Assembly: GCF_009914755.1 (NCBI RefSeq)
Contig: NC_060933.1
Origin: the human T2T-CHM13v2.0 reference genome, Homo sapiens
Direction: 5' to 3' (one strand)
Length of the DNA stretch: 64,000 nt
The notes under the pieces were generated by a model. That model saw nothing but the letters and a program-made list of their open reading frames with translations, searched no databases and was not told where the DNA came from. The stretch's first letter is position 1, and every line of letters starts with the position of its first letter. Positions 9,808-22,300 of this stretch are shown one piece after another. Both the position numbers and the translations under genes were made by a program.

Positions 9808-11880
9808 GTTAATTCCATTCCATTCCATTCGATTGCAATCGTGTTGATTCCATTCCATTCCATTCCATTCCATTCCATTCCATTGCATTCCTTTCCATTC
9901 CATTACGGATGATTCCATTTCATTGCATTCCATTCCATTCCATTCCCCTGTACTGGGGTTGATTCCATTCCATTGCATTCCAATCCATGCCCTTCCAGTC
10001 GTGTTGATTCCATTCTTTCCATTCCATTCAAGTTGAATCCATTCCATTGCATTCCATTCCATTCGATTCCATTCGATTGCACTCGGGTTGATTCCATTCC
10101 ATTGCATTCCATTCCTTTCCATTCCATTCCATTCCATTCCATTCCATTCCATTCCGTTCCATTCCATTCCATTACATTCGGATTGATTCTATTCAATTCC
10201 CTTGCACTCCATTATATTCCATTGCATTCGGGTAGTTTCCATTCCATTCCATTCCATTCCTCTCCATTCCATTGCACTCGGGTTGATTCCATTCCATTGC
10301 ATTCCATTCCATTCCATTCAATTCCATTCCGTTCCATTCCATTCCATTACATTCGGATTGATTCTATTCAACTCCCTTACTCTCCATTACATTCCATTCC
10401 ATTTCATTCCATTCCATTCCATTCCATTCCACTCCATTCCATTGCACTCGGGTTTATTCAATTCCATTCCATTCCATTCCATTCCATTCCATTCCATTCC
10501 ATTCCGGAAGATTCCATTCCATTGCATTCCATTCCATTCCATTCCATTGCTTTCCATTCCATTCCATTCCCCTGCACTCGCGTTGATTCCATTCCATTCC
10601 ATTCCATTCCATTCCATTCCTTTCCGTTCCATTCTATTCCATTCCATTCGATTGCAATCGAGTTGATTCCATTCCATTCCATTCCATTCCATTCCATTCC
10701 TTTCCATTCCATTACGGATGATTCCATTCCATTGCATTACATTCCATTCCATTCCCCTGTACTCGGGTTGATTCCATTCCATTCCATTCCATTCCATTCT
10801 ATTCCATTCCATTCCATTCCATTCCAGAAGTTTACATTCCATTGCATTCCATTCCATTCCATTCCCCTGCACTCGCGTTGATTCCATTCGATTCCATTCC
10901 ATTCCATTCCATTCCATTGCATTCCATTCCGATCCGTTCCATTCCATTCCATTCCATTCCATTCCGTTCCGTTCCATTCCATTCCATTCCATTGTATTCG
11001 GGTTAATTCCATTCCATTCCATTCAATTGCAATCGAGTTGATTCCATTCCATTCCATTCCATTCCATTCCATTCCATTCCATTCCATTCCATTCCATTCC
11101 TTTCCATTACATTACGGGTGATTCCATTCCATTTCATTCCATTCCATTCCATTCCCCTGTACTCGGGTTGATTCTATTCCATTCCATTCCAATCTATGCC
11201 ATTCCACTCGTGTTGATTCCATTCTTTCCATTCCATTCAAGTTGAATCCATTCCATTGCATTCCATTCCATTCGATTCCATTCGATTGCACTCGGATTGA
11301 TTCCATGGCATTGCATTCCATTCCATTCCATTCCATTGCATTCCTTTCCATTCCATTCCATTCCATTCCATTCGGATTCATTCTATTCAATTCCCTTACA
11401 CTCCATTAGATTCCATTCCATTCGTGTAGTTTCCATTCCATTCCATGCCATTCCTCTCCATTCCATTGCACTCGGGTTGATTCCATTCCATTCCATTCCA
11501 TTCCATTCCATTCCATTCCATTCCGGATGATTCCATTCCATTGAATTCCATTCCATTCCATTCCCCTGCACTTGGGTTGATTCCATTCCATTCCATTCCA
11601 TTCCTTTCTGTTCCATTCCACTCCATTCCATTCCATTCTATTCGTGTTAATTCCGTTCCATTCTATTCCATTCCATTCCATTGAAATCGAGTTGATTCCA
11701 TTCCATTCAATTCCATTCCATTCCATTCAATTCCATTCGGGATGATTCCATTCCATTTTATTCCATTCCATTCCATTCCACTGCACTCGGGTTGATTCCA
11801 TTCCATTCCATTCCATTACATTCCATTCCATTCCGTTCCATTTCATTCTATTCGGGTTAATTCCATTCCATTCCATTCCA
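9808..11880. repeat. ~2.07 kb block, copy 2 (paralogue of 5787-7859)
   Basis: Carries the same diagnostic variants as copy 1 at about +4021. Confidence 0.85.
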
Positions 11881-11920
11881 TTGCAATGGAGTAGATTCCA
11901 TTCCATTCCATTGCAATGGA
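11877..11920. repeat. Two copies, 30 bp apart, of the 14-bp palindrome TCCATTGCAATGGA
   Basis: The palindrome is at 11877-11890 and 11907-11920, forming a short tandem duplication. Confidence 0.9.
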
Positions 11921-14900
11921 GTTGATTCCATTCCATTCCATTCCATTCCGGATGATTCCATTCCATTGCATTCCATTCCATTCCATTGCCCTGCACTCGT
12001 GTTCATTCCATTCCGTCCATTCCATTCCATTCCATTCTATTCCGGTTAATTCCATTCCATTCCATTCCATTCCATTCTATTCCATTGCAATCGAGTTGAT
12101 TCCATTCCATTCCTTTCCATTCCATTCCATTGTCTTGCATTCCACTCGGGTTGATTCCATTCCCTTCTTTCCACTCCATTACATTCCCTTCCATTCCACT
12201 CGGAATGATTGATTCCATTCCATTCCGTTCCATTCCATTCCATTCCATTCCATTCTATTCAGGTTAATTCCATTCCATTCCATTCCATTCCATTCCATTC
12301 CAATCGAGTTGATTCCATTCCATTCCATTCCATTCCACTACATTCCAGTCCTTTCCATTCCATTACACTCGGGTTGATTCCATTCTATTCCATTCTATTC
12401 CATTCCATTCCATTGCAATCGAGTTGATTCCATTGCTTTGCATTCCGTTCCATTCCATTCCATTCCGGATGATTCCATTCCATTGCATTCCATTCCATTC
12501 CATTCCCCTGCACTCGGGTTGATTCCATTCCATTCCACTCCATTCCTTTCCATTCCATTCCATTCCATTGTATTCGGGTTAATTCCATTCCATTCCATTC
12601 CATTCCATTCCATTCCAATACATTCCTTTACAATCGAGTTGATTCCATTCCATTCCATTCCATTCCATTCCACTCCAGTCCTTTCCATTCCATTCCACTC
12701 GGGTTGATTCCATTCTATTAGTTTCCATTCCATTCCATTCCCTTCCATTCCACTCTGGTTGATTCCATTCCTTTCCATTCCACTCGAATACATTCCCTCC
12801 TATTCCACTCGGAACGATTCCATTCCATTCCATTCCATTCCATTCCATTCCAGTTCGTTCAATTCCATTCTATTCCGTACCATTCCTTTCCATTCCATTC
12901 CTTTCCTCTCGTGTTGATTCCATTCCTTTCCATTCCATTCGGTTTGAAGGCATTCCATTCCATTCAATTCCATTCCATTCCATTCCATTCCATTCCATTC
13001 CATTCCCCTGTACTCGGGTTGATTCCATTCCATTCCATTCCAATCCATGCCATTCCACTCGTGTTGATTCCATTCTTTCCATTGCATTCAAGTTGAATCC
13101 ATTCCATTGCATTCCATTCCATTCTATTCCATTCGATTGCACTCGGGTTGATTCCATTCCATTGCATTCCATTCCATTCCATTCCATTCCATTCCGTTCC
13201 ATTCCATTCCATTACATTCGGATTGATTCTATTCAATTCCCTTACACTCCATTACATTCCATTCCATTCGGGTAGTTTCCATTCCATTCCATTCCATTCC
13301 TCTCCATTCCATTGAACTCGGGTTGATTCCATTCCATTGCATTCCATTCCATTCCATTCCATTCCATTCCGTTCCATTCCATTCCATTACATTCGGATTG
13401 ATTCTATTCAACTCCCTTACTCTCCATTACATTCCGTTCCATTCGGGTTGTTCCATTCCATTCGATTCCATTCCACTCCATTCCATTGCACTCGGGTTGA
13501 TTCCATTCCATTCCATTCCATTCCATTCCATTCCATTCCGGAAGATTCCATTCCATTGCATTCCATTCCATTCCATTCCCCTGCACTCGCGTTGATTCCA
13601 TTCCATTCCATTTGATTCCATTCCATTCCATTCCATTCCATTCCGGAAGATTCCATTCCATTACATTCAATTCCATTCCATTCCCCTGCACTCGCGTTGA
13701 TTCCATTCCATTCCATTCCATTCCATTCCATTCCGTTCCGTTGCGTTCCATTCCATTCCATTCCATTCTATTTGGGTTAATTCCATTCCATTCCATTGGA
13801 TTGCAATCGAGTTGATTCCATTCCATTCCATTCCATTCCATTCCATTCCATTCCATTCCATTCCTTTCCATTCCATTACGAATGACTCCATTCCATTGCA
13901 TTCCATTCCATTCCATTCCCCTGTACTCGGGTTGATTCCATTCCATTCCATTCCAATCCATGCCATTCCACTCGTGTTGATTCCATTCTTTCCATTCCAT
14001 TCAAGTTGAATCCATTCCATTCCATTGCATTCCATTCGATTCCATTCGATTGCACTCGGGTTCATTCCATTCCATTCCATTCCATTCCATTCCATTCCAT
14101 TCCGTTCCATTCCATTCCATTACATTCGGATTGATTCTATTCAATTCCCTTACACTCCATTACATTCCATTCCATTCGGGTAGTTTCCATTCCATTCCAT
14201 TCCATTCCTCTCCATTCCATTGCACTCGGGTTGATTCCATTCCATTGCATTCCATTCCATTCCATTCAATTCCATTCCGTTCCATTCCATTCCATTACAT
14301 TCGGAATGATTCTATTCAACTCCCTTACTCTCCATTACATTCCATTCCATTCGGGTTGTTCCATTCCATTCCATTCCATTCCACTCCATTCCATTGCACT
14401 CGGGTTGATTCCATTCCATTCCATTCCATTCCATTCCGGAAGATTCCATTCCATTGCATTCCATTACATTCCATTACCCTGCACTCGCGTTGATTCCATT
14501 CCATTCCATTCCACTCCATTCCGTTCCATTCCATTCCTTTCCGTTCCATTCCATTCCATTCCATTCCATTCCCTTCCGTTCCGTTCCGTTCCGTTCCATT
14601 CCATTCCATTCTATTCGGGTTAATTCCATTCCATTCCATTCGATTGCAATCGAATTGATTCCATTCCATTCCATTCCATTCCATTCCATTCCATTCCATT
14701 CCTTTCCATTCCATTACGGATGATTCCATTCCATTGCATTCCATTCCATTCCATTCCCCTGTACTCGGGTTGATTCCATTCTATTCCATTCCAATCCATG
14801 CCATTCCACTCGTGTTGATTCCATTCTTTCCATTCCATTCAAGTTGAATCCATTCCATTGCATTCCATTCCATTCGATTCCATTCGATTGCACTCGGGTT

Positions 14901-16306
14901 GATTCCATGACATTGCATTCCATTCCATTCCATTCCATTCCATTCCATTCCATTCCTTTCCATTCCATTCCATCGGACTCATTCTATTCAATTCCCTTAC
15001 ACTCCATTACATTCCATTCCATTCGTGTAGTTTCCATTCCATTCCATTCCATTCCTCTCCATTCCATTGCACTCGGGTTGATTCCATTCCATTCCATTCC
15101 ATTCCATTCCATTCCATTCCATTCCATTCCATTCCATTCCGGATGATTCCATTCCATTGAATTCCATTCCATTCCACTCCCCTGCACTTAGGTTGATTCC
15201 ATTCCATTCCATTCCATTCCTTTCTGTTCCATTCAATTCCATTCCATTCCATTCTATTCGTGTTAATTCCATTCCATTCTATTCCATTCCATTCCATTGA
15301 AATCGAGTTGATTCCATTCCATTCCATTCCATTCCATTCCATTCCGGATGATTCCATTCCATTGCATTCCATTCCATTCCATTCCCCTGCACTCAGGTTG
15401 ATTCCATTCCATTCCATTCCATTACATTCCATTCCATTCCGTCCCATTTCATTCTATTCGGGTTAATTCCATTCCATTCCATTCCACTCCATTCCAGTCC
15501 TTTCCATTCCATTCCACTCGGGTTGATTCCATTCTATTCCTTTCAATTCCATTCCATTCCATTGCAATCGAGTTGATTCCATTCGAGTTGAATCCATTCC
15601 ATTCCATTCCATTCCATTCCATTCCATTGCACACGGGTTCATTCCATTCCATTCCATTCCATTCCATTCCATTCCATTCCATTCCATTTCATTCCATTCC
15701 ATTCTATTCCGTACCATTCCATTCCATCCCATTCCATTCTTTTCCATTCCATGCCATTACACTCGGGTTGATTCCATTCCTTTCCATTCCATTCTTATTG
15801 AATCCATTCCATTCCAATCCATTCGAATCCATTCCATTGCACTCGGGTTGATTCCATTCCATTCCATTCCATTCCATTCCATTCCATTCCATTACATTCG
15901 GATTGATTCTATTCAATTCCCTTACACTCCATTACATTCCATTCCATTCGGGATGTTTCCATTCCATTCCATTCCATTCCACTCCATTCCATTGCATCAG
16001 GTTGATTGCATTCCATTCCATTCCATTCCATTCCGGATGATTCCATTCCATTGCATTCCATTCCATTCCATTCCCCTGCACTCGGGTTGATTCCATTCCA
16101 TTCCATTCCATTCCATTCCATTCCATTCCGTTCCATTCCATACCATTGCATTCTATTCCGGTTAATTCCATTCCATTCCATTCGATTCCATTCCATTCCA
16201 TTGCATTCCATTCCATTGCCATCGAGTTGATTCCATTCCATTCCATTCCATTCCGTTCCGGATGATTCCATTCCATTCCATTCCATTCCATTCCATTCCC
16301 CTGCAG

Positions 16307-19300
16307 TCGGGTTGATTCCATTCCATTCCATTCCATTCCATTCCATTCCATTCCATTGCATTCCATTCCGTTCCATTCCATTCCATTCCATTCCATTCTA
16401 TTCAGGTTAATTCCATTCCATTCCATTCCATTCCATTCCATTCCATTCCATTCCAATCGAGTTGATTCCATTCCATTCCATTCCATTCCACTACATTCCA
16501 GTCCTTTCCATTCCATTACACTCGGGTTGATTCCATTCTATTCCATTCTATTCCATTCCATTCCATTGCAATCGAGTTGATTCCCTTGCTTTGCATTCCA
16601 TTCCATTCCATTCCATTCCGGATGATTCCATTCCATTGCATTCCATTCCATTCCATTCCCCTGCACTCGGGTTGATTCCATTCCATTCCACTCCATTCCT
16701 TTCCATTCCATTCCATTCCATTGTATTCGGGTTAATTCCATTCCATTCCATTCCATTCCATTCCATTCCATTCCATTCCAATACATTCCTTTACAATCGA
16801 GTTGATTCCATTCCATTCCATTCCATTCCATTCCACTCCAGTCCTTTCCATTCCATTCCACTCGGGTTGATTCCATTCTATTAGTTTCCATTCCATTCCA
16901 TTCCCTTCCATTCCACTCTGGTTGATTCCATTCCTTTCCATTCCACTCGAATACATTCCCTCCTATTCCACTCGGAACGATTCCATTCCATTCCATTCCA
17001 TTCCATTCCATTCCATTCCATTCCATTCCAGTTCGTTCCATTCCATTCTATTCCGTACCATTCCTTTCCATTCCATTCCTTTCCACTCGTGTTGATTCCA
17101 TTCCTTTCCATTCCATTCGGTTTGAAGGCATTCCATTCCATTCAATTCCATTCCATTCCATTCCATTCCATTCCATTCCATTCTATTCCATTCCATTGCA
17201 ATCGAGTTGAATCCATTGCCTTTCATTCCATTCCATTCCATTCCTTTACATTCCGGAAGATTCCATTCCATTGCATTCCATTCCATTCCATTCCCCTGCA
17301 CTCGCGTTGATTCCATTCCATTCCATTCCATTCCATTCCATTCCATTCCATTCCATTCCGTTCCGTTCCGTTCCATTCCATACCATTCCATTCCATTCCA
17401 TTCCATTCCGTTCCGTTCCATTCCATTCCATCCCATTCTTTTCGGGTTAATTCCATTCCATTCCATTCGATTGCAATCGAGTTGATTCCATTCCATTCCA
17501 TTCCATTCCATTCCATTCCATTCCTTTCCATTCCATTACGGATGATTCCATTCCATTGCATTCCATTCCATTCCATTCCCCTGTACTCGGGTTGATTCCA
17601 TTCCATTGCATTCCAATCCATGCCCTTCCACTCGTGTTGATTCCATTCTTTCCATTCCATTCAAGTTGAATCCATTCCATTGCATTCCATTCCATTCGAT
17701 TCCATTCGATTGCACTCGGGTTGATTCCATTCCATTGCATTCCATTCCATTCCATTCCATTCCATTACATTCGGATTGATTCTATTCAATTCCCTTACAC
17801 TCCATTACATTACATTCCATTCGGGTAGTTTCCATTCCATTCCATTCCATTCCTCTCCATTCCATTGCACTCGGGTTGATTCCATTCCATTGCATTCCAT
17901 TCCATTCCATTCAATTCCATTCCGTTCCATTCCATTCCATTACATTCGGATTGATTCTATTCAACTCCCTTACTCTCCATTACATTCCATTCCATTCGGG
18001 CTCTTCCATTCCATTCCATTCCATTCCACTCCATTCCATTGCACTCGGGTTTATTCCATTCCATTCCATTCCATTCCATTCCATTCCATTCCGGAAGATT
18101 CCATTCCATTGCATTCCATTCCATTCCATTCCCCTGCACTCGGGTTGATTCCATTCCATTCCACTCCATTCCGTTCCATTCCATTCCATTCCATTGTATT
18201 CGGGGTAATTCCATTCCATTCCATTCCATTCCATTCCATTCCATTCCATTACAATCGAGTTGATTCCATTCCATTCCATTCCATTCCAGTCCTTTCCATT
18301 CCATTCCACTCGGGTTGATTCCATTCTATTAGTTTCCATTCCATTCCATTCCCTTCCATTCCACTCTGGTTGATTCCATTCCTTTCCATTCCACTCGAAT
18401 AAATTCCCTCCTATTCCACTCGGAACGATTCCATTCCATTCCATTCCATTCCATTCCATTCCATTCCATTCCATTTCGTTCCATTCCATTCTATTCCGTA
18501 TCATTCCATTCCATTCCATTCCATTCCACTCGTGTTGATTCCATTCCTTTCCATTCCATTCGGTTTGAAGGCATTCCATTCCATTCCATTCCATTCCATT
18601 CCATTCCATTCCATTCCATTCCATTCCATTCCATTCCATTCCATTCCATTCCATTCCATTGTACTCTGGTTGATTGCATTCCATTGCATTCCATTCCATT
18701 CCATTCCGTTGCATTCCATTCCATTACATTCGGATTGATTCTATTCAACTCAATTACATTCCATTACATTCCATTCCATTCGGGTTGTTCCATTCCATTC
18801 CATTTCATTCCACTCCATTCCATTGCACTCGGGTTGATTCCAATCCATTCCATTCCATTCCATTCCATTCCATTCCATTCCGGATGATTCCATTCCATTG
18901 CATTCCGTTCCATTACATTCCCCTGCACTCGCGTTGATTCCATTCCATTCCATTCAATTCCATTAAATTACAATTCGTTACATTCCATTCTATTCCGTAC
19001 CATTCCATTCCATTCCATTCCATTCCGTTCCATTCCGTTCCATTGCATTCCATTCCATTCTATTCGGGTTCATTCTATTCCATTCCATTCCGTTCCATTC
19101 TATTCCATTCCATTGCAATCGAGTTGAATTCATTGCGTTTCATTCCATTCCATTCCATTCCATTCCATTCCATTCCGGAAGATTCCATTCCATTGCATTC
19201 CATTCCATTCCATTCCCCTGCACTCGCGTTGATTCCATTCCATTCCATTCCATTCCATTCCATTCCGTTCCGTTCCATTCCATTCCATTCCATTCCATTC

Positions 19301-22300
19301 CGTTCCTTTCCATTCCATTCCATTCCATTCTATTCGGGTTAATTCCATTCCATTCCATTCGATTGCAATCGAGTTGATTCCATTCCATTGCATTCCATTC
19401 CATTCGATTCCATTCGATTGCACTCGGGTTGATTCCATTCCATTGCATTCAATTCCATTCCATTCCATTCCATTCCTTTCTGTTCCATTCCATTCCATTC
19501 CATTTCATTCTATTCGTGTTAATTCCGTTCCATTCTACTCCATTCCATTCCATTGAAATCGAGTTGTTTCCATTCCATTCAATTCCATTCCATTCCATTC
19601 CATTCCATTCCATTCCGGATGATTTCATTCCATTGTATTCCATTCCATTCCATTCCCCTGCACTCGGGTTGATTCCATTACATTCCATTCCATTACATTC
19701 CATTCCATTCCGTTCCATTTCATTCTATTCGGGTTAATTCCATTCCATTCCATTCCACTCCATTCCAGTCCTTTCCTTTCCATTCCACTCGGGTTGATTC
19801 CATTCTATTCCTTTTAATTCCATTCCATTCCATTGCAATCGAGTGGATTCCATTCGAGTTGAATCCATTCCATTCCATTCCATTCCATTCCATTGCACAC
19901 GGGTTCATTCCATTCCATTCCATTCCATTCCATTCCATTCCATTCCATTCTATTCCATTTCATTCCATTCCGTTCTATTCCGTACCATTCCATTCCATCC
20001 CATTCCATTCCGTTCCATTCCATGCCATTACACTCGGGTTGATTCCATTCCTTTCCATTCCATTCTTGTTGAATCCATTCCATTCCATTCCATTCCATTC
20101 CATTCCATTCGAATCCATTCCATTGCACTCGGGTTGATTCCATTACATTCCATTCCATTCCATTTCATTCCATTCCATTCCATTACATTCGGATTGATTC
20201 TATTCAATTCCCTTACACTCCATTACATTCCATTCCATTCGAGATGTTTCCATTCCATTCCATTCCATTCCACTCCATTCCATTGCATCAGGTTGATTGC
20301 ATTCCATTCCATTCCATTCCATTCCGGATGATTCCATTCCATTGCATTCCATTCCATTCCATTCCATTCCGTTCCGGATGATTCCATTCCATTCCATTCC
20401 ATTCCATTCCATTCCCCTGCAGTCGGGTTGATTCCATTCCATTCCATTCCATTCCATTCCATTCCATTCCATTCCGTTCAATTCCATTCCATTCCATTCT
20501 ATTCGGGTTAATTCCATTCCATTCCATTCCATTCCATTCTGTTCGGGTTAATTCCATTCCGTTCCATTCCATTCCATTCCATTCTATTCCATTCCATTGC
20601 AATCGAGTTGAATCCATTGCATTTCATTCCATTCCATTCCATTCCATTCCATTCCATTCCGGAAGATTCCATTCCATTGCATTCCATTCCATTCCATTCC
20701 CCTGCACTCGCGTTGATTCCATTCCATTCCATTCCATTCCGTTCCGTTCCGTTCCGTTCCGTTCCGTACCATTCCATTCCATTCCATTCCATTCCGTTCC
20801 GTTCCATTCCATTCCATTCCTTTCTATTCGGGTTAATTCCATTCCATTCCATTCGATTGCAATCGTGTTGATTCCATTCCATTCCATTCCATTACATTCC
20901 ATTCCATTCCATTCCTTTCCATTCCATTACGGATGATTCCATTCCATTGCATTCCATTCCATTCCATTCCCCTGTACTCGGGTTGATTCCATTCCATTCC
21001 ATTCCATTCCATTCCATTCCATTCCATTGCATTCCATTCCGTTCCATTCCATTCCATTCCATTCCATTCTATTCAGGTTAATTCCATTCCATTCCATTCC
21101 ATTCCATTCCATTCCATTCCATTCCAATCGAGTTGATTCCATTCCATTCCATTCCATTCCACTACATTCCAGTCCTTTCCATTCCATTACACTCGGGTTG
21201 ATTCCATTCTATTCCATTCTATTCCATTCCATTCCATTGCAATCGAGTTGATTCCATTGCTTTGCATTCCATTCCATTCCATTCCATTCCGGATGATTCC
21301 ATTCCATTGCATTCCATTCCATTCCATTCCCCTGCACTCGGGTTGATTCCATTCCATTCCACTCCATTCCTTTCCATTCCATTCCATTCCATTGTATTCG
21401 GGTTAATTCCATTCCATTCCATTCCATTCCATTCCATTCCATTCCATTCCATTCCAATACATTCCTTTACAATCGAGTTGATTCCATTCCATTCCATTCC
21501 ATTCCATTCCACTCCAGTCCTTTCCATTCCATTCCACTCGGGTTGATTCCATTCTATTAGTTTCCATTCCATTCCATTCCCTTCCATTCCACTCTGGTTG
21601 ATTCCATTCCTTTCCATTCCACTCGAATACATTCCCTCCTATTCCACTCGGAACGATTCCATTCCATTCCATTCCATTCCATTCCATTCCATTCCATTCC
21701 ATTCCAGTTCGTTCCATTCCATTCTATTCCGTACCATTCCTTTCCATTCCATTCCTTTCCACTCGTGTTGATTCCATTCCTTTCCATTCCATTCGGTTTG
21801 AAGGCATTCCATTCCATTCAATTCCATTCCATTCCATTCCATTCCATTCCATTCCATTCTATTCCATTCCATTGCAATCGAGTTGAATCCATTGCCTTTC
21901 ATTCCATTCCATTCCATTCCATTACATTCCGGAAGATTCCATTCCATTGCATTCCATTCCATTCCATTCCCCTGCACTCGCGTTGATTCCATTCCATTCC
22001 ATTCCATTCCATTCCATTCCATTCCATTCCGTTCCATTCCGTTCCATTCCATACCATTCCATTCCATTCCATTCCATTCCGTTCCGTTCCATTCCATTCC
22101 ATCCCATTCTTTTCGGGTTAATTCCATTCCATTCCATTCGATTGCAATCGAGTTGATTCCATTCCATTCCATTCCATTCCATTCCATTCCATTCCTTTCC
22201 ATTCCATTACGGATGATTCCATTCCATTGCATTCCATTCCATTCCATTCCCCTGTACTCGGGTTGATTCCATTCCATTGCATTCCAATCCATGCCCTTCC

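Noticed and set aside
20135-20145. TGATTCCATTA as a DUX4-like site (also near 19670, 24311, 24771, 26611, 38671)
   Set aside because: Only a loose consensus match, one substitution from the ubiquitous TGATTCCATTC, and expected by chance.
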